Assembly: GCA_016748015.1 (NCBI GenBank)
Contig: JAAOMT010000512.1
Span: forward strand, 1,247,876 to 1,311,875
DNA from: Geosiphon pyriformis uo1
Taxonomy: Eukaryota; Fungi; Glomeromycota
DNA: 64,000 nt
Direction: 5' to 3'
Below are positions 37,758-52,161 of this stretch, one piece after another. Within the stretch, counting starts at the first letter, position 1; every line of letters begins with the position of its first letter. Under the pieces are notes generated by a model. The model worked only from the letters and a program-made list of their open reading frames with translations, made no database searches and had not been told where the DNA came from. The position numbers and the translations under genes are program-made.

Positions 37758-38494
37758 TGTTATGGGTTAAAGTAACAAGTTAACAGATAGCAAGGGAGAA
37801 CAGGATTGTAAGATAATGAAAATAATCAAAGAAATTTCAACTTCAAAGAGCAAATTGAATAAGTATGAATTCAATGTGTGAGATTAGTCTCATAAAATAT
37901 CTCAGTTGCTATTCTTTTCAAAAGATAGCTAGAAAATCTGAAGATAGAGGGATAGTCCATACTGTCAACAAATAATCACACTTGGTATAATTCTATGCCT
38001 CATGTCAGTGCTCTTAAAATTTAATATTAAGTATCAGATGTGCTTTTCAGTCATGTTTTATTCAATAATCTTTAAATGCTACACTTATACATTTCAGAAA
38101 AAGGGTAAAAATTAACCAACAAGTAATCTTTTATCTCAAGATGTTTAGATACTTGAAGGTAGGGAAAGGAAAATTAACAATAAGAGAATGATTGAAATGA
38201 AAGTTGTTATTTTATTTATTCTTGATTATTTTGAACATGCTTTTCTATAGCTAAGAGATTTATTGCTTATATAGCTGTCAAAAAGTGGTCAATAATTAGG
38301 TCAATGACTAAGTCAATGATCAGATCAATGGTCAGGTCAATGATTAGGTCATTGATTAGATCAATGATTAGGTCAATGGTCAGGTCATTGATCAGATTAA
38401 TGATCACTATCTAAAAATAGTGTGGCTAATTTATATAACATCAGTGGCTAATACATGTGATAATTAATAAGAAGTATAAGTTTTAATCATAACA
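37758..38494 (-). repeat. 5' LTR of C
   Basis: TGTTAT...ATAACA; TATATAA at 38267-38273 on the - strand. Confidence 0.9.
38286..38405. repeat. 12-bp tandem repeat (GATCAGGTCAAT)x~10 in U3 of C
   Basis: Directly visible; also present at 1-78. Confidence 0.9.
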
Positions 38495-39200
38495 CTATGT
38501 TTTTTTCTAATGTAAACATTAATCTAATAATTCCTTCAAATTTGAGAGAGTAGTAGTCCCCTCCAAAATCATTGACAAATAAAAAAAATTTTCTTAATAT
38601 ACTGAGTTTTTGTTGTTGTAAATTTGCCTTCTATTGCTGAAAGATTAATGTTCAAGACAAAGAACTTTTTGACTGATACTTTAACTTGAGTTTTTACAAT
38701 CTTTAAATCAATTCATCTTTTATCCAAAGAAATATTGAGTGAAAGAGAGAAAGATCTTTTATTTTTATTTATGTTATAGTCAATTACACCAATAAAAAAG
38801 CCATAGTCTAGACCAGAATTGATTTTCTTGACATTAAATATTGTTACAACCAAGTCTAAAAGAGAACTACTACCAATGTTTTCAGACTTACTGCCAATTT
38901 TACTATTACTAAATTCACTATTCATATTTAAATACATATTATTATCAAAACCAGATTTGATCAAAAAGATTTTTTTTTCATTATTAAAGTGTTTAATATT
39001 GTCCATAGAAACTTTTTTTTTTTTAAGAGAAAATACTATTAACAGAACCATAAAAAGTCTCTTTGAACACCTTTTTTTTAAACATGTCACTACTTGAAAT
39101 AGTCTCCAAGTTTATCACAAAAGAATTATTAGCTTGAGAAATATTGAAAAGAATATAACTAAAAAATAAAAAACTTCTTCAAAAATATGCTTTTTGGAGA
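38495..39200 (-). mobile_element. LINE-a, 5' end and ORF1 start (host of element C)
   Basis: Homologous to 52600-53270 and to ORF1 of LINE-c (KFFVLNINLSAIEGK motif). Confidence 0.75.
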
Positions 39201-39830
39201 ATTTTGGATGTAAAAAAGAACAAAGTTTTTTTTATTTTTATTTTGAATAGAATTATAAAAATATAAGAAAAAAAGTTTTTTAAATTATTTAAATTTTAAA
39301 AATTTATAATTTAATTAAATATAATAAAATAAAAACTTTTTAAGTAAATATATATTAACTAAAATAAAAAATAAAAAAAAACATTGTATTTTTATAAATA
39401 TTAAGTCAAACAATATTTAAAAAACTATTTTAATTGTAAAAATTAATAAATAAAATATTAAAAATATGTTGTTTTTAAATAATTTTAAAAAAATGTTTTT
39501 TAAAGTTTTATTTAAGCAACAAAAAGCAATAGTTTTAATATTATTATTGGTTTTGCAAAAAAATATTAAATTTTAAAATATTAAACTAGTAACAAAATTT
39601 TTTTTTAAAACTATTATTTTTATTAATATATAAATAATTAAAAAAACAAAATTTCTAAAAAATAGTAAATTAAACAAAATTAAAATATTAATATAAATTT
39701 TTTGTAAGATTAAAAAATAATATTTTTTAGTTTAATTTTAATAACAACTTTATTTTACACATTATTATAAACATAAATAATATTTTTTTTAATAATAAAT
39801 AATAATATTAAAAATTTTTTTTATTATGTA
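39200..39830. other. Ultra-AT-rich spacer
   Basis: Very few G/C; no ORF. Confidence 0.8.
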
Positions 39831-41047
39831 TTTAATAAGTATAATTCAACTATTACCTAAAATTATAGAATTATATAAGTTTTTATATTAAGTATGACTT
39901 ATGCTTTTCTATATATGACTAGTTACTTAAACTAATTAAGACAACACTAAGCATCTAAACTATCTACAACCAAAAAATTATGCAAAAAACCAAAATATAC
40001 ATTAGACAAACAAAGATGTAGAATAAAACAAATATGAATACCCAATCTAATACCAAAATTATGAATCATCTTAAAAAACCATAAGAATATTAAACCAAAT
40101 ATAACTGGTATTATAGATTTATTGTGTAGCAAAAAACTATATTTCTTATAATACACTTTTAGCTTGGTAGTCAATAATCATATAGTAAATCTGTAACTTA
40201 CAACAATACTCTAAACCAAATTGATGACCAACAATGCACTATTAAAACCACTATTCAATAAACATATTATGTTAGCCATTTACTTTTTTATTATAAAGCC
40301 TTTAGATAATGACATATATAAATAATTAAAAAATCCAGCCTTATGCAAAGATCAGATCACTATATTATCAATGACATATATACTTAGCAAATTAATCTAT
40401 ACTTCAATAGTCTTTGAAATCAAATTTTTTTAACATTATTATTGTAAATATAAAAAAATATGTAGTTAAAGTCCTCAATTAATTCATATCTAATACATAA
40501 CATGCTAAAATAATTTAAATCATATAATCTCTTTTTTTTGGTTATAAATAATTAATAATGTAAAGCTTTCATGAAATAAGACTAAAAAGCCACAAAAGCA
40601 GAACTGGTAAAATTAAATCAAATTTGATCATTAAAATACCATACATTAAATGTTTTACTTATATTAATCATGTTATATAAAGCATTATTCATAATATTAT
40701 CAGCATATTTGGAATTTCAATTAACAAAACTGATGGCTTCAAAAAGATATTTAATGAAGTAATAGATGTTTTTAAAAACAGATCTGCTTTTAATAACTAA
40801 AAAATGACATGGCACTTTAACAGACAATGTAAGATTAAACATAATAGCAGTATTGACAAAAAAATTAGCATGCTTATTGCTAAAAACTCCAGAATAGTTT
40901 TTAATCTTGTTTCAATTAACCAAAAGATTTTTTAATATAATAGTCTGAAGAATTTGTTCTTTTTCTATCCAGTATTTAGCATAAAAATTTGAAACTAACA
41001 ATCTTTCTAATTAAGACATCCATATTTAATAATGTCTAACTATCTAT

Positions 41048-41866
41048 TGTTACAAGTGATTATTTGAAGTCTCAAATTAAATAATAAATTCATAACTTGG
41101 TGCTAATTTACTTGATGATGTTGATAATATCTAAAAGTTTTGGTTAAGTTTTTTGTATAATAGACAGAAATTCAAAAATTGGTTATCTGTAGCTTCTCAG
41201 AATTGCAATTTTGTCAAATTTTTTTTCAGCTTAATGGCCAGTAATTTTCTGGTAAGCAATTCGTATTTCTTATGTGTTTTACCCACTCACAGAAGTCTTT
41301 TACCAGATAATTCTTAATGTTAATAACTCAACATTTAATCCTCAATTAATTAGTCAAACAATGAAGAAACAAAAATAAAAGAAATAAAAGAATTTAAGAA
41401 AATAAAAAAATAAGTCAAGGCAATTTAAAGATTAGTATTTCATCAATAACTATGATCAAGTGTAGTTAAGTATTAGCAGCTATTAACATGAAGAGTTGAT
41501 AATAAAGAATAGATTAAGATAGCAAATAATTATTTATTAATATTTGTAAATTGGAAGGTTGCTTAGATCAAATCCAAACTGAAAGGTTTTCGTAATTCTT
41601 CTGTTTTTTCTGTTTCTAATGCTCTTGTTATATATATATAATTTAGGTTCTACAAGATTACTCACATTTCCAAGCAATGTGCTATAATTTTTTGAGCAAT
41701 GTGTCCTAATTTTCTAATATTGCTCTACATTGTTAAGCAATGTGTCATAATTTCTGATATTGCTTTACATTGCTGAGCAATATGTTCACGTGCTAACTAC
41801 TACTCTTCTATTGGTCTATCTGTTTTCCTACTATTTTTTTTTATATGTTTTTTTTTATGAGTAACA
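41048..41866 (-). repeat. 3' LTR of B2
   Basis: Reverse-complement homolog of the B1 LTR. Confidence 0.9.
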
Positions 41867-41879
41867 TTATCTCCTTCTT

Positions 41880-42513
41880 TTAATATTGAGCTCCATCAAA
41901 ATTTTCACTTTGGATTAAGTTCAATACTTTTTTTTCTAATATTGTTTGTTCAACTTTGTTTTTTATATCTTCGATTTGCACATTATTTATTCTTTCCTAT
42001 TGATTAATGGTGATTGTCTCTATGTTAAAGTGTAACAATATTTTTGGATAATTTTGAAATATTGTGTGTAGTTGATAGATTGTTCTAATGTGTAGTATTG
42101 GATTTGTTTTTTTTCTGATAATATTTTCAATATTCCATATTATTTCTTGATTGAATATTTTTTTGGCTTTATTAAAATATAATTTCTGAATGTTCAGCTT
42201 TTTTTCCAACTAATAATAGCAGTATGGTATTGGAAATTGTTCTGTTTATTGTTTCCAATTTTCTTTTGAAAGTTTTTCTGTTAGAATCATAATAGATATT
42301 TTTCCAAAAGTGTTCTTTACTTTCTCTATTATTTTATCTAACCAGTTTCTTAATTGTTTTTGTAGTCACTGGTATGGTGTACTTTTTTCTTTTTGTTTGG
42401 TGTTTTAATAACAGATTGTTTAGTGGTTGATGACAATTTCTATGTTTAATTGCTATTAACTTAAGACCTAAAACAATTGTTAAGCTAGAGTGTAAATATG
42501 ATCTGGTATTTTT
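41880..42513 (-). pseudogene. ORF3 of B2
   Basis: KKLNIQKLYF...HIRTIYQLHTIFQNYP; matches B1 ORF3. Confidence 0.75.
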
Positions 42514-42569
42514 ATTTTTTTTGTTGCTTTTGTTGCATATATCATGTCTTTATATACTCTTTTGGTTGT

Positions 42570-45500
42570 TCAATTTGACATGTTTGGTTCAATAATTATG
42601 ATTGGTTCCAGATTTTGTGAAATCTTATCTGATTGGACTAATATTTGTTGTATTCCCAGTTGTGAAATATTATTGGTAGATGATGATACTATATGATAAT
42701 ATGGTTTCAGTCGATTACCATATACTGCTTTGGCTAAGATTTTGTTGTTCCATCTTAATTTATAAGTTCTATTTCCTAGAATTTTTTCTATGTGAAATGG
42801 TCCATCCCATTTGGGGTCGAATTTTTTACTCTATTGTTTTTTTGCTTTGGTATAATATAAAAGTACTTTGTCTCTAATCTTGAATTTAACTGGTTTATTC
42901 AATAATTGATTATCATATCTTTTTTTTTGTTTTTCTTGTGATTTCTGAATGTTATTAGTTGCTTTTTGCTATTTGCTTTCTAGTGTTTCTATTAAGTCAT
43001 ATATTCTTCTCAACAATGTTTTTTGAAAATTGTTTTTGTTATTGGTTCAGTTGGATATGTGCTGACTTCTATCTCTACTGATAATATTGCTGTTCTATCA
43101 TATACTAATTCAAATAGTGTTGCTTGTATAGTGTCTTGCTTTATTGTTTGATAAGCAAATAACACTAATAGTATAAACAAATCCTATTTATCTTGATTTT
43201 TTTGGCTGATTTTGGCAATTGCTTTACACAATGTTCTATTGAATCTTTCAACTAAGCCGTTGGTTTGTAGATGATATAGTGATGATAATAGTCTTTTGAT
43301 TCCAAATCTTTGACTTAATTCTGCTAATGTTCTATTTACAAAGTAAGCTTTTTTGTCAGATAGTAATTCTTTTGGGCATTCATGTCAACAAATCAAATTT
43401 TGATAAATGAATTTGGCAATAGATTCTGCATTTGCTCTTTGAATAGCTTTTGTTTTTGGCTATTTAGTAAGATAATCTATGACTACTGTAATATATCTGT
43501 TTCCTCTGCTGGTTATTGTTAATAATCTGACTAAGTTAATTCCAATATAATCAAATAGTTGTTCTATTTTAATTGGTTTCAATGGTTCACTAAGTCTTGT
43601 TTCTTCTCTTTTCTGACAAGCATCACAATTTTAAATGTATTGGATAATATTTGAATACATTGATGGTCAATAGTATTTTTTTCTGGTTTTTTTCATAGTT
43701 GCTTCTTTGTAAAAATGTCTTGTTGTTGAATTGGAATACATGTTGAATAATATTGTTTCTTTCTTTAGTTCTGTAATTACTCTGGTTGGTTGATTTAGAT
43801 TCTTTCTGTTTTTTTGATAAAGTATATCTTGATAAGTGATAAAATATTTGGACTGTTGTTTAATATAATTTCATTCATTTTAAGATAATTTTTTTTTAAA
43901 CTGTTGAGTATTTATAAAATGTTAAAGTTTTTGATATTTTTGTATATTCATTTTTTGTTATATTTTTGAATTGGAATGTTCTTAGATTTGTCTCATCTAT
44001 AACAAACTATTGGTATTTTCATTTTTTTTTTTTTTTGTAATGTACTATATAATTAAATGGTAAAAGTTCTATTTTCTATTTAGCATAGTAATTATTTCCA
44101 AATTTTTGCTTCTGAATTGAAGTTAATTTTTTATGGCCAGTGTATATGTCAAATTTCTGGCTTAAGTATTCCTTCCATTTTATGACTGCTTAATAGATTG
44201 CTAAGTGTTTTAGTGCTGGAGTTCTATAGTTTTTTTCAGCTGAACTTAAGCTGTGACTAACATATGCTACTGGGTGTTTTTTTTTATCTGGTTTTTTCTG
44301 AAATAGTACAACTCCTAATGCTTAACCTAATATATCAGTTGTAATTATAAATGGCTTGCTATAATTTGAATAGATTAGTATTAGAGCTTGAATAAACTTT
44401 CTTTTTAATGTATCAAAAGCTTTTTGCTGGTTTTCTGTCCATTCATATTTGGTGTTTTTTGTTTAAAGCTGGTGTAATGGCTAAGCCAGTTTGAAAAAGT
44501 CTTTGATAAAGTGGTAATAGTAACTCACAAATCCTAAAAATGCTTATAGTTTGGTCAAGTTAGTAAGTACTGAAAAGTTTTTAACTATCTCAATTTTGTA
44601 TAAATCTGTTTTGATTTTGTCTTTACTCACAATATGTCCCAAAAATTTTAATTCCGTTTTGCCAAAGAAGCATTTGGTAGCATTTAACTTTAATCTGGCT
44701 CTTTTTAATTTTTCAAATACTTGTTGAAAATGGTGTAAATGATTATTGAATGTCTTAAAGAACATATTGATGTCATTTAAGTAAACAACTACTGATTTCT
44801 ACAGTAATCCAGTATAGACAATTTTCATGAATTATTGAAATGTGGCTAAAGTATTCATTAAGCCAAAAAGCATAATTTTAAATTCAAAATTTTTTTCTCA
44901 GGTTGTAAAAGCCATTTTCGTCTTATTTTCTGATTTTATAGCTACTTGTCAGTAATCACTATCTAAATCTAAAGTTGAAAACCATTTTTTTTCTCCAAAA
45001 GCATCAAAAAGTTTTTGGATCTTTGGAGTTGAGTAGTTATCTTTTTTTGTTACTTTATTAAGTTTTTGGTAATCTACACAAAAGCAAATTTTTCTATTCT
45101 TCTTATGGACTAGTACTACTGGTAATAATTATAGACTCATTGATGGTTAAATTCACCTATTGTTTAATATTTAATTGATCTCTTGTTAGATGATTTCATG
45201 GCTTGCTGGTAGATATGCTCTTTGTTTAATTGGCATTGTATCTCTAGTCTTGATCTGATGTTGAATTATGTTAGTTTTGCCAAATTCATTTTTGCTGGCA
45301 AAAATATCATTGAAGTTGTTAAGTAATATTTTAAGCTGCATATATTGTAATGGGTCTAAATTTCCCAAGTTTATCTGTTTCAATTGTTCTGGTTGGAGCA
45401 AATAATATTTTTCTCATCTATATATTGTTTGTAATGTAATATCTATATATCCACACAGTTGTGGAAAGTCTGGAATAGTGTTTGGTGGTCTTTAACTTCA

Positions 45501-46075
45501 GTGCTTAAATATCTGATAGTAGTTCCTTTTGGTATTTCAATAATATCTCCTGTTGTATTGTAGATAAAAATTTTGATGTGTTTAAGGCTTTTGGCTAATA
45601 TGTAGAGATTGATGAGTCCAATCTTTTCTGATTTACAAATTTTAGCTTCTGCTTTAAATGTTTGAGTCTGATTCTTTACTTTTTTTTTTATGGCTAACAT
45701 GTACTAATTATATAGTGAATTGGAAACTAATTAACTGGTGAAGATAATTTTTTTCTTGTCAACAATTTCTTTTTCTGCCATATTGACTAATATATCTATT
45801 CTATTTGTGAATTCAAATTCACTTATCTCTTTAGCTATAATCCCTAATTTTTCCCTGTTTTTTACTAATACTAACTGAGCTATTTTAACCAAGAGCAGAA
45901 ATATTGTTTGTGCTATCTTTTTATTTGGCTCTATCACATAGGCTTTTTCTAAGTCATTTTGTAGTATAGCAATAATATTTTCTATATATTCTGCATTGAT
46001 TATTCCTCTTCTGATATTGATTCCCTTTTTTATAAAACTACTCTTTAATGCTAACTAAACCATTATTGTTGCCAG
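42570..46075 (-). pseudogene. pol: pol of B2 (dUTPase C-part, RT, RH, IN)
   Basis: IAQTI..., KLNATKCFFG, VERFNRTL, KWDGPF. Confidence 0.9.
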
Positions 46076-47071
46076 TGTTATGAATAAACTTGGTAGGGTA
46101 GGGAAATAGTAACATTTGGTGCTCTTAATTATTGATAATGTGTCTTTTGCATAATTCTGTTGACTTAATCTTAATTATCAGTCTCTGAAGGTCTTATTTA
46201 CTGGTTGTAATTTTACCCATTAAGTTTTTTGGTTATAAGACACAGAGATTTGGTTTTTGCTGATTGCAACTTTTTATAAATGTGAACTATTTTCTCTGAA
46301 CTAATGAGTGCAGTCATTAGGGTCTGGCATTGTCTTTTTGCTCTTTTGGTAAGCTAACAAGATAATGTTAATATCTAAAACTTAGGAGGAGCCTTCCTCT
46401 TTTACCAGACTATTACAAAGTCTATTCTCAGACAGTCAATTTTACTATGTTGCCACTCCAAAAAAAATAAAGAAAAGAATAGAAAAAAAAAAAGAAAAAA
46501 AAAAAAAGAATTAGTATTGTCAATTATTGTAATCAAGAGCAATTGGTCTAAATTGTTAATAGTTCGAGGCAATTATGCTAAGAGCATCTGTTCTGGAATG
46601 AAAGTACAAAACAATAGTTAATTTATGTAAAGTCCACAAAGTTCAAGAACATGAATTCGTGATTCTGATTTCTCAATAATTGATTTATTTTAGAAGATGA
46701 AGATGGAATAGAATAAATGATGGAAAGAATAAGGATATTTAATTTTTGTCTAGTGGTTCATATCTAAATGTCACTTTTTCTAACTTCTACAACTACTTGT
46801 TTTTATACATTTTTTTGGTTTTACAGGGTTGTTTTTGATTGTTTTTGTTATTGCTAGTTATTGCTTTGCTATTTCTGTTATTGCTTTGTTCTTTTATATT
46901 ATTTTTAGTTATCCTATATTATAACATACTATCTGGTATTATTATATGTTATTTTGTGTTATTCTATGTTATAATGCATTATTCAATATTATTGTACACT
47001 ATTCTGTGTTATGTCACATTTTGGTCATATTTTTTTTATAACTTTGGATTGGTTTTTCTACTCGAGTAACA
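46076..47071 (-). mobile_element. Solo LTR, family D, with non-matching flanks (recombinant)
   Basis: TGTTAT...GTAACA; shares U5 motifs with family B. Left flank is B2 dUTPase, right flank is LINE RT. Confidence 0.82.
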
Positions 47072-47740
47072 CTGCCAAAAAAGACATTTTGTCATCTGTA
47101 AAATCTTGCTTACCAGTTTACATAAAAAATTTTAAATTTAATCTGTAGTTATACAAATTATTATATCTTTTAACCTTATAGAGCAAAGGATTATAAAAAA
47201 TTCTTTATAGCAATAGTAAAAAGACTTTATCTTAATCCAGTCTATTATGAATAATATACTTTTTAGTAGGCCCAAAATTTGTTATTATTTAGTTGATTCA
47301 ATTTTTGTGTATATTTTTAAAAATCTAATAAAATAGTAATACATCTTAATCTTAATTAAACTGTTTTTTAAATGATCTTATCTAACAGAATTGTATGTCT
47401 TATACATATTTTAGAGAACTAGTTACAGCTTTCTGTTTTTTTTAATGCATTTTTAATAACAGAACTAACAACAAAAATAGGAATTTAAGTAGATATGTCT
47501 TTCAAAACTAAGAAATTATTACTATATAAAACTTTAAAATTACTACAGGCCAAAAAATTCTATCTGAAAAGATCTTAGATAAGATTTTTTAGGCTGTTTT
47601 AAACAAAACTATTGGCCTAATATTTATAAAAGTTCTTTTTTAATTATATGATTTTTGTATTTTAGAAATTTAAACTTTTTTTCACTATATAAAAACCATA
47701 TCTGACACCAAACACATATTGAAAATGTTCAACAAACCAC

Positions 47741-48696
47741 TGTTACTTATAAAATATAGGAAGTATATTAGCATATAAATTAGCCAATCAGAAATAGACA
47801 TAGTAAATGTGGAATTTCAGGATTCCTTTTAGAAAAATTGCAGGATTCCAGAAATTTCAGGATTTTCATATGAGAAATTGCAGAATTCCAGAATTCCAGA
47901 AGTTTTTTTAAAGGAATTGCAGAATTCCAGAAATTCCAGAATTCCTGGCTAGAGAATTGAGGAATTTAAGGAATCTTGTACAATAAAATTTATGTATATA
48001 TAGCAGTAGTATCAAAAGCTAGAAAATTAGTCAAGTAAACTTCCAAAGTTAATTAAACTCAAAATAAAGAAAACTGAGAGTCAGTAAGACTCTTAGAGTC
48101 AATTAGACTCACAGGTCAAAATTATTAAATATCCTTTCTTTAAAAGATAAAATACTATAACTTGAAGTAAAATCACTTCCATATTAATAAAATTATCTAT
48201 TATCTTCAAATTCATGTTATTATCTACTACTTAACCTGCTGGCACAATAGTTCTTGATTATGGCTATTAACAGAACACTTATTTCTTATTTTATTTTATT
48301 TATTTCTTTATTTTCTTTTATTTTTTTTATTTTTTTTATTTTCTTTTATCATTTACTAAATTGATTAAAAGGATAAAGCACTGAGTTATTAATGTCAAGA
48401 ATAGCCTAATAAAAGACCCCAAAAAAAGGGTATAAAGTTTGATAATTTAAGGATAGCTTATTAGAAGAACATCTCTGCCAGATTACTGGTCATCATGCTA
48501 AGAAAAAAATTGAACAGAATTGCGATTCTGAAAAACTACTGAAAACAACTATTGAATCTCTGTCCATTATACAAAAGACTCAACCAAAATCTTCAGACAA
48601 ACAACACTTTCAGATATTCTCAAGCATTTCAATCAATTAAGCACCAAATTACAGGTTTGCTATTTGATTTGAGACCCCAAATAATTACCTGTAACA
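47741..48696 (+). mobile_element. Solo LTR, family E (B-related); TSD CCAC
   Basis: TGTTAC...GTAACA; CCAC at 47737-47740 and 48697-48700; U3 GAATTCCAG repeats. Confidence 0.92.
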
Positions 48697-51181
48697 CCAC
48701 TTAAAATTTACTTATTATTATGTTTTCAAAGCTTATTAAGGATACCAAAGAGACTAGCAGCTTTTTTATTAGAAAAATTCTTGACAACTTACAGAAACTT
48801 ATTAAACTTAATATTATATATTACTTTTAAGAAAGCATTATTATTGACATACTTTAGAAGAACATATTAATTGAACCATTAATTAAACAAAACATTAAGT
48901 ATTATATGCTTTTTTGTTTATTTTTTTATAATTGTGTTGATTGTAAATTTGATTTTATGTGGCTTTAGAATCAATTTATTATTAACTATTAAATAATTAA
49001 GTACTATCTTTTAAAAAGACTGATTCAAAACATTCTTAATTATTCTTTTTTTATTAGAACAAAAATTTTTCATATACTTGTTTATAATTTTTTTAATAAA
49101 ATTATCTCTAACAATTTTAGATTCATAATATTTGGATTTATAGTACTTTTTTTTGATTCTTAACAAGTAATTTAAAATTTTTTTTAAACTTTCACTATTA
49201 TTAATCATGATATACACTCCAAAAACTTTTTTTTTGTTAATGATAATCCAGGTATTAATAAGACAATTAGTTTTTGAATCTTGATTTGAATTTAAGCTCC
49301 TTACAATTTTGGCTACTAATAACTTCAACTTGAAAAACTTTAATAATTGCTTATTCTTTAAACATTCAAACTTACTAAACAAAAGTTTAGAAAACATTTT
49401 ATTAGCAGAGTTTATAACCACTTCTTTTATAATTTTCTATATAGCATTCAAATTATTACAACCTTTTGTACTATTGAATTTAGCTATTTATTTTGAAAAT
49501 TTGTTCAATAAACATTCTTTAAACTGTAGCCACTTATTGTTTTTAGCATCTTTAATCTTGAATTTCTATCTATTTTTATTAGTTTGTTTATTATTATTAT
49601 TGAGATAAATATTTAAAAAACTGTTCAAGTTGACTACAACTAAAACTGTCTTGTAATTAGTATTAAAAAACTCAAATATAATGTTAATTTTATGGCCAAT
49701 GACTGTAAACACCAGATTTTGGTTTACAAAAATGAAATTAATAATCTTCTTAATGCCTCTGAAATTGTTCTAAATAGAATTTTTAATTAATAAATGTCTA
49801 TTAAATAAGTTAATTAATCCTAAATCTACACAAAACTTGAAACTTACACTCTTTTTTGAATTATTTTTGTTGAAATCTCCACTTAATACCACAAAAATAT
49901 TGGAGTTAATCATCTTGACAATCAAAGAATTAACTTCTAATGTCTGGTCAAATCTAGTCTTAGCAAAAGTGCCAACATACAAACCTAAAATTATAACTGA
50001 CAATTTACTCTTGAACAAAAGTTTTACTAAAATAACTTAACCAGAAATCTTTTTTATCTTAAAAACATATTAAACCAGCAAATTTTTTATAATAATAGCC
50101 ACACAAGACCAAGAAAACTCTTATTCAAACCAGATGTAAAAATTCACATTTTATTAAACTTGTTTATAATTCATGGCTTAATACTAGACTTTAATTTTGT
50201 TTTTATAATAATTAAAACCATATTACCTGAATCTATATACCAATAAACAATATTTTTTTGTTTAACAGAGACATTAAAATCTTGAATATTACATATTGCA
50301 AACTTCCAAACAAGATTACTTATTAAAATAAAGAAGATGTCAAAGAATCTAAGCTAATATACATTTGATCTAACTTTACCAAAACTGAATCAACAAATGT
50401 TTCAAAAGCTATTAATTTCGATTTTAGACTGCTCATCTTGGTGGTTAAAATTGTTGAGCTGTTTGAATCCAATACTAAGATTCTAGTCTCAATCAAAGAA
50501 AAAAATAAGAGCAAAACCTATGAATCATCCAAAACTATATTCAAATTCGAATTCAGATCAGAAGCTGATACATTTATTAGGACTTGAAAAAAAGAAAAAG
50601 AAGTTATTAGAACTAAAACTATATTACCAAGTTTATACACAATACTAGAAACCTAATTAGCCAGTAGTTCCAAGAAGCATTCCAAAAAGGACAAACAAAC
50701 ACACATAGAAAACTTATTTAGCAAAGCAGATAAAACTTTTTTATTAGAACTTAAAGCACCTAAAAGAAAAGAACCAAAATCAAGCCCAGATAACAAAATA
50801 CTAGAAACAAAAGCTGCTAAAACCACCTAAGCTTATGACTTGCTATCAAAAGCAATAAAGCAAAAAATAAAAACATTTTTTTGAGGTACAATTTGGTTAA
50901 CTGAAGACAATTTTCATTTAAAATAATTTTCTTAAATATTTTTATAAACAAAAAGATAAAAGAATTAAAAATGTTATATTTTAAAAAGGAATGTCCAAAA
51001 TGCTTATACTTTTTACAATAAATTAGACCCAATCTGGTCCAAGAGAACTTAATACTATCAAAAATAGGCTTTGTGTAAAAAACAAATTCTAGTATTTTAT
51101 CTAATTCAAAACTAATAACAGCACAGTAAACTTTATTACTATTCTCAAATAATTAATTGATAATACATGTTTTTTTATCAG

Positions 51182-52161
51182 TATTACTAGTAAAATTTTA
51201 GTTATTAATTAACATAAAATTATCTTTATAATTCTTATTATTAATTAGCATATATTATTATTATTTTAATTATTATGTATTGGTTAATCAAATTATTGAA
51301 TATTATTATTCAATTAATAATTTAATTTGTACTATAAAAATTAAGATAATCAAATTACACAATACCCTAAACCACTTAACATTTAAGAATTTACCAAAAT
51401 TTGTAGAAATTTGCCAAAATAATTAATAGTTCACCAAAATAATCAATAATTTGTAGAAATAACTTGTAGTTTATCAAAATATATTTTTAGCTCATCAAAA
51501 TGATAGAAAGAGAAAAGTGCAAGTTTAAAGACTAATACTACAACAAGTTGTATAAAAAAAAGCTTCTCTCTTCAAAAAAATGTATCTTATCTTAAATATC
51601 TTAATTAGAATTAATCATCTCTTACATATCTTTATAAAATTAAATTAAAAAAAATCAAATATTCAAAAATCTAAATCTTTAAATTATTATACTTGAAATT
51701 TCCAAAACTTAACTAATGTTTTTGAAATTAATTAGCTACCAATTTCAGTAATCTGTTAATAACTTCAGGTCTGGATAGAAAACAATTTCTTTAAAACAAA
51801 ATTTTATTTCTTTTATATTTTTTATATTTTTTTATATTTTTTTATTATAATTATTAGGGTAGTCTACAGACAAAATTTTTGTAGAAAAGTTGACTTTTAC
51901 AGCAAAGTAACTACACATTTTAGTGAACTTTCAGACAAACAATTTCTGAAAAAAAGTTAATATTTACTACAATGTAATTACATAAAAGTAATTAGTACAG
52001 AATTGGCTATTTTATTTATAAGTTCAGCAGTTCAAATTATAAAAGATAATTTGAAAATAAATTCAGTTATTGAAAATTTATTAGCTTCCAGAAAAATATG
52101 AATTAACAATAAACAGATATTAACAACATTTAAAAAAAGAAACCAAAAACCTCTGGTAACA
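51182..52161 (+). mobile_element. Solo LTR, family A (older), in LINE-b ORF1; TSD TCAG/CTAG
   Basis: Reverse-complement homolog of the A LTRs, ends CTGGTAACA. Confidence 0.88.

Larger units (their letters stand above)
1..38494 (-). mobile_element. Ty3/gypsy LTR retrotransposon 'C' (no dUTPase); own sequence 1-2452, 23198-25241, 35749-38494; 3' LTR runs off the window start
   Basis: Matching LTR ends (...gaagtataagtttcaactgtaaca at 167; ...gaagtataagttttaatcataaca at 38494), PBS, PPT and gag-PR-RT-RH-IN order. The reading frame rejoins across both insertions (EKNYSVTEQ|ECLAVVWA; PKTNK|RFHQARL). Confidence 0.92.
41048..46075 (-). mobile_element. Ty3/gypsy 'B2', 5'-truncated (3' LTR, ORF3, IN, RH, RT, partial dUTPase)
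   Basis: 3' LTR 41048-41866 plus PPT; domains colinear with B1; ends inside dUTPase. Confidence 0.9.

Noticed and set aside
46108-46124. A separate + strand element starting at GTAACA-TTTGGTGCTC (LTR end + PBS)
   Set aside because: No gag follows; it is the anti-PBS arm of the U5 hairpin of the - strand D LTR.
46839-47069. Hydrophobic membrane-protein ORF
   Set aside because: Translation of T-rich low-complexity U3 repeats of the D LTR.
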